A stretch of 64,000 nucleotides of DNA, from contig CBDUQR010000010.1 of the NCBI GenBank assembly GCA_965369655.1, positions 1-64,000 on the forward strand, in the 5' to 3' direction. The position numbers and the translations under genes were made by a program. This document shows positions 19,351 through 28,725 of the stretch, one piece after another. Source of the DNA: an uncultured bacterium. Lineage in GTDB: Bacteria > Zixibacteria > MSB-5A5 > JAABVY01 > JAHJOQ01. The notes below the pieces were generated by a model, which did no database searches, had not been told where the DNA came from, and saw nothing but the letters and a program-made list of their open reading frames with translations. The stretch's first letter is position 1, and each line of letters opens with the position of its first letter.

Positions 19351-19839
19351 ATGTTTATGAAGTTCTTTTACGGCAAGAGGGGATTCACTCTCATCGAACT
19401 GGTTGTCATTATCGTCGTGCTGGGGATATTGGCCGCCGTCGCGATTCCGAAGCTTTTCAACGTTACCGAGGAAGCCGAGAAATCGTCTGTAGCATCAATG
19501 GTCTCAAGTCTCGAATCGTCGCTGTCGATCTATGTCGCCAAGCAGTTCGTCAATGGCCAGACGATAGCTATTCACAATCCGTTCGATGACCTCTCGAACA
19601 TCCCGAGCAACTATGCCGGAGAGAATAATCCTGTTACGCCTGCCAATACCCCCAATGGTAAATGGAGTTGGAGATCGAACGGAAACTGGATCATGTACAA
19701 TCCAACCTCAGAGATATCCGGTGGATGGCTGAACGGTGGTGAGAGGTTCATAATCTATCAGGTGCAAACAGTAGTCGAGGGCAGCGACGTTGTCGGCCTG
19801 AGACTCAACACAACCCCTGCGTACACCTATACGTGGTAG
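19351..19839 (+). CDS. Type IV pilin / prepilin-type N-terminal cleavage-methylation domain protein
   Basis: Class III signal KRG|FTLIELVVIIVVLGILAAVAIP. Confidence 0.9.
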   Translation: MFMKFFYGKRGFTLIELVVIIVVLGILAAVAIPKLFNVTEEAEKSSVASMVSSLESSLSIYVAKQFVNGQTIAIHNPFDDLSNIPSNYAGENNPVTPANTPNGKWSWRSNGNWIMYNPTSEISGGWLNGGERFIIYQVQTVVEGSDVVGLRLNTTPAYTYTW

Positions 19840-19958
19840 ATCGCTGGTCATTCGAAATTGCGGCGGTGTATCTACTGCGCCGCCGTTTTCTTTCCCGGTT
19901 CATCATGCACACTGATAACAAGAAGCCCCTCCCGGTTGGGAAGGGCTCGAATTCCCTA

Positions 19959-20042
19959 TGCCGAAGGGGAGATTTGAACTCCCACGCCCGTAAGGACACT
20001 GCGCCCTGAACACAGCGTGTCTACCAATTCCACCACTTCGGC
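19959..20042 (-). tRNA. tRNA-Leu(CAG), CCA not encoded
   Basis: GCCGAAG acceptor stem, GGAATTGGTAGAC D-arm, anticodon loop TTCAGGG, long variable arm and GGGAGTTCAAATCTCCC T-arm; a hairpin terminator follows at about 19920-19948. Confidence 0.95.
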
Positions 20043-20193
20043 ATCAGCGCCACCTAATATATTCTGTCGGCTACAAGCCGCAAGACTTTTTTGCCCACAT
20101 ACGCCGTTCTTCAACATCTTGCTATTCGGCACGGATGCGCTATATTGAGCGACGTTTATTTTTCCGAAGTCAATGCAGGTAATGGAGGCAGAC

Positions 20194-21105
20194 TTGACGG
20201 CGTATCTGGGTGAATCGGCAGCTCTTCTGACCGCAATCCTGTGGGCGTTCACATCGATCTTCTTCACAGGAGCATCGAGGAGAATCGGCTCGTTTTCGGT
20301 GAATGTGATAAGAATAGCGATTGCGGTGCTAATTATCGGCGGCACGGTCCTGATTGTAACCGGGCGCATTTTCCCCGCGCAGGCAACCAGCAGTCAAATA
20401 GTCTGGCTGGCAGCATCGGGTATCGTCGGGCTGGTGCTCGGCGATACATTCCTGTTCCGGTCGCTGATCATACTCGGACCACGGCTCGCAACACTGATCT
20501 TCGCAACCTGGCCAATCATGACCGTAGTGTTGTCATGGATATTCCTTACGGAGTCGCTGAGCTGGATCGCAGTGGTTGGGATAGCTGTTGCAATGACAGG
20601 CATCGCCTGGGTCACTGTCGAGAAACAGAGCGAGTGGAAAACTGAAATGGTCGGCTCCGACCGTGGATCAAAAGCATTCGGGGTGGCGATGGCTCTGCTG
20701 GGCGGATTCGGTCAGGCTGCCGGGCTGGTAATGGCGAAGTATGCTATGACCGATTCTCTCACTGCCATCGAGGCCAGCTATATCAGGATGATCGCGGCGT
20801 TTGCCGTCATCTGGATATTCTGCGGCATCACGGGGAAACTCCGACGCATACTGAAGTCGCTCAGTAACAGACCGGCGATGGCACATACCCTCGGAGGCGC
20901 AATCTCAGGACCGTTTCTTGGCATCTGGATGTCCCTCGTCGCGATCACATACACGAAGACAGGCATCGCGGCAGCGATCATGGCGTCGGTCCCTGTAGTG
21001 ATAATCCCGATTTCGATAGTAGTCTACAGGCAGTTGCCATCGGCAAGAGCGATCGTCGGAGCACTTGTGACAGTTGCGGGAATATCAATTCTCTTCCTGA
21101 TATAG
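20194..21105 (+). CDS. DMT/EamA-family transporter
   Basis: About 10 TM helices in two EamA repeats; GGAGG RBS before TTG 20194. Confidence 0.88.
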   Translation: MTAYLGESAALLTAILWAFTSIFFTGASRRIGSFSVNVIRIAIAVLIIGGTVLIVTGRIFPAQATSSQIVWLAASGIVGLVLGDTFLFRSLIILGPRLATLIFATWPIMTVVLSWIFLTESLSWIAVVGIAVAMTGIAWVTVEKQSEWKTEMVGSDRGSKAFGVAMALLGGFGQAAGLVMAKYAMTDSLTAIEASYIRMIAAFAVIWIFCGITGKLRRILKSLSNRPAMAHTLGGAISGPFLGIWMSLVAITYTKTGIAAAIMASVPVVIIPISIVVYRQLPSARAIVGALVTVAGISILFLI

Positions 21106-21194
21106 CACGTGGAATTGCACTATGTCGATTTTGATTGCATCAATCGGCTATGTCCGCTAATTTCTCACTCTCAGAACAAGCATAAGGAGCTGAA

Positions 21195-21602
21195 GTGTTC
21201 ACATTCATCGACTATTCCGGGAAAATACCTGAATCGCAGATTGAGACAAGTGACGCTCAGGCGGCTCGCAATGGGAAGTTCGTCCAGATAAGGCATGATA
21301 ACGACGAGTATATTGTGTTTGCACCGAAAGCGCTCTGCAAGTATCACGCTCACATCATCGAAGAGTTTGCAAGTGATCCCGGCTTTGACTTGACAACCAG
21401 GCGAACCAATCAAGGCTCGTTTTTCCATGATCTGAAATGGCGAATACTGGGCGGCGGAAAAATGCAGATCGACGTCGAGAATCGTACGTTGCTGCTCAGC
21501 GGCGACTCTAAGGTATACGGCGCGTTCGACCGATCTGTAATCGTATCAAGGCTGTCGGAGGTGCCTCAGTTTCGAGACTATAAGATAGAATTACTTGACT
21601 GA
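21195..21602 (+). CDS. Hypothetical protein resembling the Janus/Ocnus (PHPT1 phosphohistidine phosphatase) family
   Basis: TAAGGAG RBS plus GTG; motifs KFVQI, YHAHI, LGGGK, GDSKVYG and DYKI. Confidence 0.6.
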   Translation: MFTFIDYSGKIPESQIETSDAQAARNGKFVQIRHDNDEYIVFAPKALCKYHAHIIEEFASDPGFDLTTRRTNQGSFFHDLKWRILGGGKMQIDVENRTLLLSGDSKVYGAFDRSVIVSRLSEVPQFRDYKIELLD

Positions 21603-21677
21603 CAGGTTTACCGGCTCGGATTTGTCCGACCGTTGTATAACCGATATGAGTTTGACGCCAAGCTTACTGAGGTAAAT

Positions 21678-22322
21678 ATGACAATGTTGCGAAGCACTTC
21701 TCCCCTTATTCTGATCGTCGCACTGCTGATCGCGCTGAGCGGTTGCGATGGCGACAATGGCAATGGCCCTGACCCCGAAGTGAAGATATTCCCCGAAAAC
21801 TCCGAGGATTATTTCCCGATGGAACAGGGTGATGTCTGGTATTATACTGAGTCGGGACAGACAACGGTCGTTAGGCGTATCGGAGACACGATTGAATTCC
21901 GGGACGACACTTGTACAGCCCTGCTGACATCGCTGCCGCCGATTTTCGCCGATTCGCTCGATGAGTGCTGGACAATCGACTCGACCGGATTCTACATACA
22001 TCTGCTCGCATTCAAGTATCACCCTGATCCGTTGCTTTCGATCCCATTTGACTTGAGATCGGACAATCCGCATCATTTCGAATCATTCCTTGCGGAGAAT
22101 GGCGATACGAACCACGGTTTCACTATTTCAGGAGACCTGCATTATCAGGGGCTTATCACGAAGACTGTCCCGGCGGGGACATTCCAGGATTGTGTCAAGC
22201 TCTACTACGATGATGGTGTCGATCCGTACCACGAGTACTACGCTCCCGGCGTCGGCCTGCTCGACAACGGCAGCATCGTCCTTGATTCGGCGATAGTCGG
22301 ATCAGTGCAGTATGGAATGTGA
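21678..22322 (+). CDS. Hypothetical beta-rich lipoprotein
   Basis: Lipobox LSGC; YFP...G..W.Y, TVPAGTF..C and YYAPGVGL motifs. Confidence 0.75.
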   Translation: MTMLRSTSPLILIVALLIALSGCDGDNGNGPDPEVKIFPENSEDYFPMEQGDVWYYTESGQTTVVRRIGDTIEFRDDTCTALLTSLPPIFADSLDECWTIDSTGFYIHLLAFKYHPDPLLSIPFDLRSDNPHHFESFLAENGDTNHGFTISGDLHYQGLITKTVPAGTFQDCVKLYYDDGVDPYHEYYAPGVGLLDNGSIVLDSAIVGSVQYGM

Positions 22323-22377
22323 GGAAAGCAATAACGATATTGATGTGTAAGGCGAGAAATCGCTACAGAGTTCGCAG

Positions 22378-23049
22378 CTAAGAAGGTTTTTCTAATACCT
22401 CGGCAGATATGCTTTGAAGACGCTCAACGACCTTATGAACGTGGGTTGATGGATTACAGTTTCTTAAATCATCACCATAACCATTCTCACGGATGATCGA
22501 CTTGGAATTAGTGATTGCTGTTTCAATATGCTGTGAGATCGTTTGAAAGACATTTGGATCATTCTTTGTGTAGTCAGGCATGTACTTCTTTAGTAAATTA
22601 ATAGTATCATCAGAATTTTGCATGCGATGAGCTGTCTTTTCATAGTGAAGAAGAAACCAGTATTCGAAACACGGATTACTTAATGCTACCTGTAGTTTTT
22701 TCCGTCGAGCAACGTCAATCGCCTTATCAAGAGACTCCTGTTTTGGAATCTCCACATCCATCACGCACCAGACTACGTTATACTCACGAGTCTCAAGAGT
22801 ACTGTTCGAGTTTCGTCGTTCCTTTATTTTGCGCAAAGCACAATTAACCACACTTATGGCAGCAGAACCATCTTCTCCACCAACGACTTCAACCTTCAGA
22901 GTATGCAACTTCAAATGTCCTCTGAGCGATTTGAAGTAAATGGGTTCGGTTTTTTCACCTTCACAGACAATGAGGACTACGTCGCGCGGGTGTTTGTACG
23001 GTCTTCCTCGTGTGTAGTCCTTATTACTACGCCTTCTTGAATTCTTCAA
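22378..23049 (-). CDS. rloB: RloB/AbiLii-family protein (TOPRIM-like)
   Basis: IVCEGEKTEPIYF, VWCVMD, SNPCFEYWFLLHY and NPST motifs. Probable TTG start at 23049 with GGAGG upstream, overlapping the ATPase stop. Confidence 0.85.
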   Translation of the reverse strand: MKNSRRRSNKDYTRGRPYKHPRDVVLIVCEGEKTEPIYFKSLRGHLKLHTLKVEVVGGEDGSAAISVVNCALRKIKERRNSNSTLETREYNVVWCVMDVEIPKQESLDKAIDVARRKKLQVALSNPCFEYWFLLHYEKTAHRMQNSDDTINLLKKYMPDYTKNDPNVFQTISQHIETAITNSKSIIRENGYGDDLRNCNPSTHVHKVVERLQSISAEVLEKPS

Positions 23050-24355
23050 TACCAAAAGCCTCCAGAAACGGAACTGCCCCATATCTTCCAGAAAGATATC
23101 CTCTTTGCAACGCTTCATCTTTTCTGGGTCGCTTCTTTCCTTCGGCGTAATCCCAGAGTGAATACAATCGTGTCCCGCCCTTCTCATCCTTCTCAGTAAA
23201 CCAAATTTGATCACGCCGAAGAAGTTCGGGATCTAAGAGAGTTGTATCGTGAGCTGAGAATATCACTTGTCCCCCCATAAGGTTAATCCTAGGGTCAAGT
23301 ATGAACTCAATCAGTTTTCTGCTCAAATGAGGATGCAGACTATCATCAAGCTCGTCCACAAAAACTGTAATACCTTTGCTGATCACGATCAACCATGGCC
23401 CCACTAGTTTGAAAAACCTCTGTGTACCGAGCGATTCTTTATTTAGTGGCAGGGACATCATAACGCCAGCATCATCGTATGAATATTGCATAAAGACATT
23501 AATTAGAAAAGCTTCTCCACCTTCCCGGACTATACTCTGTCCCTTTAGACGGTTCAACCCCCCAGCCTCTACAGCTCGCAATTCCTCTTGAGGAATTTTT
23601 GTTTTCTTGACAGACAAGTTCTGAATCCCAAAGTCTGCACTACGAATCATCGCCTCAAGGACATTGTGATGAGGATTCTCTTCTTTGTCATCCCGTACAG
23701 CCAGCATTTTAAGAGTAACATCAGGGACACCCCCTTCTCCAGGTAATATAGACCTGAAATGGTTCTTGAACCACTCATACACTGTCGAGAGCTGCTCGTT
23801 ATTCCAGCGGTTAGCGACAGACAAAAACAACACGTGGTTCTTTGTCCTCTGCTTCAAGCCAACCTTGCCACCCTTAAGGTTAGTTCCAAACTTAATATCA
23901 AGTAGACCTTTTTGGGGGTTCCACTTCCGGTGATACCACTCTTGTGACTGACCTCTTGGGTATGCATACAGCCACTCCTCCAAAACCTTTTTTGACGTTG
24001 CCTTAAAGCCATATTGATATTGGATGTTCTTGTGAATAAATGTTATCTCAAATTCTGTTGGCTGTGACTCAGTTCTTTTATCAAGAAGAAATGGCTCAAT
24101 CAAACTTAAACTAAGCTCACCGACTAAATCCTCTTGATCCGAGAACAACACTGCTGAGGTCATTACGATTAATGCTTCAATAATATTGCTCTTGCCAGAT
24201 GCATTTGGTCCATAGATGCCGGCAACCTTGAGTAGCTTCAGTTTACCGACTTGATGAATATTATCTTCAAGTCCAGTCTCAGAGCTTGCTACCATACTCA
24301 GCACTTGCTCATCTCGGATCGAGCGGAAGTTCTTTACACGAAACTCTACAAGCAT
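23027..24355 (-). CDS. AAA_21/ABC-like ATPase (RloA/AbiLi-like)
   Basis: KNFRSI, Walker A GPNASGKSN, ESLGT signature, Walker B DELDDSLHP, SAHD, RRDQIWFTEK and YLSGRYGAVP. Confidence 0.88.
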   Translation of the reverse strand: MLVEFRVKNFRSIRDEQVLSMVASSETGLEDNIHQVGKLKLLKVAGIYGPNASGKSNIIEALIVMTSAVLFSDQEDLVGELSLSLIEPFLLDKRTESQPTEFEITFIHKNIQYQYGFKATSKKVLEEWLYAYPRGQSQEWYHRKWNPQKGLLDIKFGTNLKGGKVGLKQRTKNHVLFLSVANRWNNEQLSTVYEWFKNHFRSILPGEGGVPDVTLKMLAVRDDKEENPHHNVLEAMIRSADFGIQNLSVKKTKIPQEELRAVEAGGLNRLKGQSIVREGGEAFLINVFMQYSYDDAGVMMSLPLNKESLGTQRFFKLVGPWLIVISKGITVFVDELDDSLHPHLSRKLIEFILDPRINLMGGQVIFSAHDTTLLDPELLRRDQIWFTEKDEKGGTRLYSLWDYAEGKKRPRKDEALQRGYLSGRYGAVPFLEAFGIEEFKKA

Positions 24356-24523
24356 TGACCTCTCCCTGCAATATTATGCCTATCTATGCAGATTTATCGT
24401 AATAACAGCCATAATCTTTAATTTGTTCCTTAAGAAACATACATTTCTAGTACTCCCGAGGCAAGCAAAATGTTGCAGCATTTTGGAAAAAGGACACTAT
24501 GTTTTGGAGATAGCTATCGTGCC

Positions 24524-25303
24524 TCACACCTCCCCCTTCGACTCTTCCCATAGTTTGTCCATCTCTTCGAGTGTTGCATCGGCGACTGTGCGGTTGTTGT
24601 CAGCGAGGTGGTGTTCGATATACTCGAATCGTCTCTTGAATTTGTTCGTGATCCGATTCAGCGCATTCTCCGGATCGATCTTGAGAAACCGTGCGACATT
24701 GACAACTGTGAACAGCAGATCGCCAAGCTCTTCTTCGATACCGGCATCATTCTGCGCTGACAACTCGGCTTTGAGTTCCGCGACTTCCTCGTCGAACTTG
24801 ACGATGATATCTGCGACTTTTTCCCAATCGAATCCGAATCGCGCAGCTTTTTCCTGCACTCGATATGCCCTGAGCAATGCTGGCAACGTCTTCGGCACGC
24901 CGGACAGGACCGAATTCGACACGCCGTTCTTAGGTGTGTCTTGTTCGAGCTTGATCTTCTCCCAGTTGATGGTCACCTGTTCTGATGAAATCTCGGCTTT
25001 TTTCTCGAAAACATGCGGATGTCGCCGGACCAGCTTATCCGACAGCGACTTCGCGACATCATCGATATCAAACTTGTCGCTATCAGAAGCGATCTGAGCA
25101 TGGAATACAATCTGCAACAGAAGATCGCCTAACTCTTCTTTCAGACGATTCGGATCATTTTCTTCGACCGACTCCATTACCTCATAGGTTTCTTCCAACA
25201 AGTACGGCAGCAACGATTTATGCGTCTGCTCCCTGTCCCATGGGCAGCCGTCGGGCGCGCGGAGTTTTCTCATGATGTCGACAAGCTCATAGAATCTGGA
25301 CAT
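24524..25303 (-). CDS. mazG: Nucleoside triphosphate pyrophosphohydrolase MazG
   Basis: LR.PDGCPWDREQT, two EELGDLL motifs and KLVRRHPHVF. Confidence 0.95.
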   Translation of the reverse strand: MSRFYELVDIMRKLRAPDGCPWDREQTHKSLLPYLLEETYEVMESVEENDPNRLKEELGDLLLQIVFHAQIASDSDKFDIDDVAKSLSDKLVRRHPHVFEKKAEISSEQVTINWEKIKLEQDTPKNGVSNSVLSGVPKTLPALLRAYRVQEKAARFGFDWEKVADIIVKFDEEVAELKAELSAQNDAGIEEELGDLLFTVVNVARFLKIDPENALNRITNKFKRRFEYIEHHLADNNRTVADATLEEMDKLWEESKGEV

Positions 25304-25443
25304 ATACGGAACCTTTCGTCAATTCTGAACGTATCCGACCGATACTGTCTGAAATGCGCAGTACCTGACTGCGTAAGAGTAATAACGTTTGGCTTGACAT
25401 CAAGTCATTTTTTTCTATTTATAGATGTTCACTTTTCAGGGAA

Positions 25444-28137
25444 ATGAATATGACAGATAAGATGACAGATATACCGAAACATTACGACTTCAAGTCCGCC
25501 GAGGCCAGATGGTACAAATTCTGGCTCGATAGCGGCTATTTCCACTCCGATGCTGCCGACGACGGTAAGAAAGCATATACGATCGTCATTCCGCCGCCGA
25601 ATGTGACAGACATCCTTCACACCGGCCACGCGCTGAACAACAGCCTGCAGGATATTATGATCCGCTACAAAAAGATGTGTGGATTCGATTCTGAATGGCT
25701 TCCGGGCGTCGACCATGCCGGGATAGCGACGCAGGTTGTCGTGGAAAAACAACTCCTGGCCGAGAAAACCAGCAGGCAGGAGATCGGCAGAGAGAAATTC
25801 ATCGAGCGGGTCTGGAAGTGGAAAGAGGACAAATTCGAGAATATCATCGACCAACTCAAACAGATGGGTTGCTCGTGCGACTGGGACCGGACCAGGTTCA
25901 CGATGGACGAGGGTCTCTCCAACGCAGTCAAGGAAGTATTTATCCGGCTGTACGAGGAGAACCTGATCTACAAGGGTCACTACATCACGAACTGGTGCCC
26001 GAAGGACCTGACCTCGCTGTCAGATGACGAGGTCGAGCACAAGGATGTCGATTCGAATCTATGGTACATCAGGTACAAGATCGCCGGAACGGACAATTAC
26101 CTGACAGTCGCGACCACGCGGCCCGAGACGATGCTCGGTGACACCGCGCTCGCGGTATCTCCCAAAGACCAGCGCTACCAGAAATATGTCGGTCAGACGG
26201 CAATTCTGCCGATTCTCGACCGCGAGATCCCGATCATCGCCGATGACTTTGTCGATCCGGAATTCGGGACGGGAGTCGTAAAGGTCACGCCCGCACACGA
26301 CCCGAATGATTTCCAGATAGGTCTCAGGCATGACCTCGAACAGATCAATATCATGAATCCCGACGCGAGCTTAAACGCAAACGCTGGTAAGTTCAAAGGG
26401 ATGGATCGATACGAAGGCCGAAAGGCGCTGCTCAAAGAGCTCGATAAAAAGGGCTATCTCGAAAAAACCGAGAAATACCAGCTTTCGGTCGGGACCTGCT
26501 ATCGCTGTCACACTGTGATCGAGCCGTACCTGTCGGAACAGTGGTATGTCCGCATGAAACCGCTGGCCGAACCGGCTATCGAAGCTGTCAAGACAGGCAA
26601 ACTGAGATTCCATCCGAAGCACTGGGAAAAGACATATCTGTACTGGCTCGAAAATGTCCGCGACTGGTGTATCTCACGCCAGTTGTGGTGGGGACATCGC
26701 ATCCCGATATTCATCTGCCAGGATTGCGATCACACATGGGCCGCGAAAGATACGCCCGAGATATGTCCGAAGTGCGATTCGACCGATATCGAGCAGGATC
26801 CGGATGTTCTCGACACATGGTTCTCGTCGTGGCTCTGGCCGTTCTCGACTTTCGGCTGGCCGGAAAAGACGCCCGAACTCAAGAAGTTCTATCCGACCGA
26901 TTCGCTCTTCACCGCATCCGAGATAATCTATCTCTGGGTCGCTCGGATGGTCATGGCGGGTTACAAATTCCTGGGTGACATTCCATTCTCCGACGTCTAC
27001 ATTCACGGCACGGTGCGCGACTCCCAGGGACGGAAAATGTCCAAGTCACTCGGTAATGGTATCGATCCGAGAGACATCATCGATGAATATGGGTCCGACG
27101 CGTTGAGAATTTCGCTGGTCCTCGTCACTCCCGAAGGCCAGGACCCGTGCATTTCGCTGAATACTTTCGAGCAGGGGCGAAATTTCGCCAACAAGCTCTG
27201 GAACGCCTCCCGATTCATGATGATGAACCTCGATGATAGTCTGAAGCCTGAGTATTTCACCGGCATCGCCGACGACTGCGAACTTGCGCTCATGGACCGC
27301 TGGATACTATCGAGACTTCACCGCACGATTCAATCGGTTCGGTCAAGCCTCGATTCATTCAAGTTCAATACCGGCGCAAAGACGCTCTACGATTTCATCT
27401 GGCATGACTTCTGTGACTGGTATGTTGAACTTGTCAAGTCGCGGCTCAGATCAGAAGACGACACGAGCGACAGAAAGGCCGCGCGCAATGTCGTCAGCTT
27501 CGTGCTCGACAATATCCTGCTGATGCTGAGCCCATACATGCCGTTCGTGACCGAGGAAATATGGCAGCGTCTTCACGGCTCCGACGACAGCGATCCGACC
27601 CGGACGATCATCACACAATCATACCCGGAGTCAGATGAGAAGTGGATCGACCCCGATCTCGAAACAGGTATGGAGAATATCCAGTCGGTGGTCGGAGCGA
27701 TACGGACTGTCCGCGCCGAGATGAATGTACCGCCATCCAGGAGAGCCGACGTCCATGTGCGGGTCGAATCAAAGGAGCTTGCGGAAGCCCTTGTGAAACA
27801 CCGCGATTATATAACCGAACTCGGCAGAATCAACGAGTTCTTCGTCGGTACCGACATATCGAGACCGAGCTTGTCGGCAGCTACAGTCATAAAGGATGCG
27901 GAGATATTCATTCCGCTCGAGGGTTTGATCGACGTCGAGAAAGAGCGCGCCAGGCTCCAGAAGGATCTCGCGCAGGTCCAGACGCAGCTCAAGAAAATCA
28001 GCCGCAAACTTGATAACGGTGAGTTTCTGAGCAAGGCAGCGGCCGATGTCGTCGATCGGGAAAAGCAGAAAAAGGTCGATTTCGAGAATATGGCTGACAA
28101 GATTAGCAAGAATCTTGAGCAACTCATAGGCTGGTAA
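25444..28137 (+). CDS. valS: Valine--tRNA ligase
   Basis: PPPNVT..LH.GHA (HIGH), DHAGIATQ, TTRPET, DWCISRQLWWGH, KMSKS and a C-terminal coiled coil. Confidence 0.97.
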   Translation: MNMTDKMTDIPKHYDFKSAEARWYKFWLDSGYFHSDAADDGKKAYTIVIPPPNVTDILHTGHALNNSLQDIMIRYKKMCGFDSEWLPGVDHAGIATQVVVEKQLLAEKTSRQEIGREKFIERVWKWKEDKFENIIDQLKQMGCSCDWDRTRFTMDEGLSNAVKEVFIRLYEENLIYKGHYITNWCPKDLTSLSDDEVEHKDVDSNLWYIRYKIAGTDNYLTVATTRPETMLGDTALAVSPKDQRYQKYVGQTAILPILDREIPIIADDFVDPEFGTGVVKVTPAHDPNDFQIGLRHDLEQINIMNPDASLNANAGKFKGMDRYEGRKALLKELDKKGYLEKTEKYQLSVGTCYRCHTVIEPYLSEQWYVRMKPLAEPAIEAVKTGKLRFHPKHWEKTYLYWLENVRDWCISRQLWWGHRIPIFICQDCDHTWAAKDTPEICPKCDSTDIEQDPDVLDTWFSSWLWPFSTFGWPEKTPELKKFYPTDSLFTASEIIYLWVARMVMAGYKFLGDIPFSDVYIHGTVRDSQGRKMSKSLGNGIDPRDIIDEYGSDALRISLVLVTPEGQDPCISLNTFEQGRNFANKLWNASRFMMMNLDDSLKPEYFTGIADDCELALMDRWILSRLHRTIQSVRSSLDSFKFNTGAKTLYDFIWHDFCDWYVELVKSRLRSEDDTSDRKAARNVVSFVLDNILLMLSPYMPFVTEEIWQRLHGSDDSDPTRTIITQSYPESDEKWIDPDLETGMENIQSVVGAIRTVRAEMNVPPSRRADVHVRVESKELAEALVKHRDYITELGRINEFFVGTDISRPSLSAATVIKDAEIFIPLEGLIDVEKERARLQKDLAQVQTQLKKISRKLDNGEFLSKAAADVVDREKQKKVDFENMADKISKNLEQLIGW

Positions 28138-28174
28138 CCGAAAAAGGAGGTTGTCTTAGAAGTTCTATTCTCCA

Positions 28175-28286
28175 GTAGGTCGGCGTTCCGCAGCAGGCGG
28201 AGCCTGCAAGAAACCCGACTCACGCGTGACAAGATAGAAGTGTCGCGTTTCTCACCTGATTACATCAGGTTCGGAACACGACCTAC
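28175..28286. repeat. 112-bp REPIN-like element, copy 2
   Basis: Same length and arms as 9486-9597; differences fall mainly in a hairpin loop and the central spacer. Confidence 0.9.
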
Positions 28287-28366
28287 TTTTGGGACATCCT
28301 CAAAAAGGACTTGCCAAACGAGGATTCAGGTATATATTGCCTCGTCGATTTGACTGAGGAGAGACT

Positions 28367-28558
28367 ATGTCTAAGGTTTGTGAAATATGTGGAAAGAAAC
28401 CGATGTTTGGCTGCAGCGTTTCTCATGCCCACAATGTATCGAAACGCAAGTTCAATCCCAATCTGCAACGTGTTCGCGCCAAGATCAATGGCCGCACGAA
28501 AAGGATCAAGGTCTGCACTTCATGCCTCAAAGCCGGTAAGGTGATAAAGGCTACGTAG
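28367..28558 (+). CDS. rpmB: 50S ribosomal protein L28
   Basis: [17 protein letters not shown]...KRKF.PNLQ...VCTSCLK (Zn-binding C+ form). Promoter-like TTGCCA-N16-TATATT at 28311-28338. Confidence 0.95.
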   Translation: MSKVCEICGKKPMFGCSVSHAHNVSKRKFNPNLQRVRAKINGRTKRIKVCTSCLKAGKVIKAT

Positions 28559-28582
28559 GTGCATTCGGGATTCGCGAGATTT

Positions 28583-28612
28583 CAGCCCTCGACATTCTGT
28601 CGGGGGCTTTTT
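28583..28612 (+). terminator. Rho-independent terminator after rpmB
   Basis: agccctcgac-attct-gtcgggggct hairpin followed by a T run. Confidence 0.75.
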
Positions 28613-28725
28613 GTATGTCGATCAGTTCTCAGCAGTAAAGATTTAAGAGGGTGAGAGCCCCCGTGTGGGTACAGAGGCTCTCTGGTCCCATTCCTCGGCT
28701 GGTTGAGGATCGGGGTGGGACCTTT

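Noticed and set aside
18972-19589. 205-aa ORF overlapping the pilin gene
   Set aside because: It is out of frame with the clear pilin ORF, has no motifs and starts within a hairpin in the intergenic region.
23050-23214. N-terminal extension of RloB in the ORF track
   Set aside because: It overlaps the conserved ATPase C-terminus; an RBS-supported TTG at 23049 gives a normal-length RloB.
24524-25303. mazG as a third component of the ATPase/RloB defence system
   Set aside because: It is the ordinary tandem-domain housekeeping MazG with host-like composition, separated from the cassette by an AT-rich spacer.
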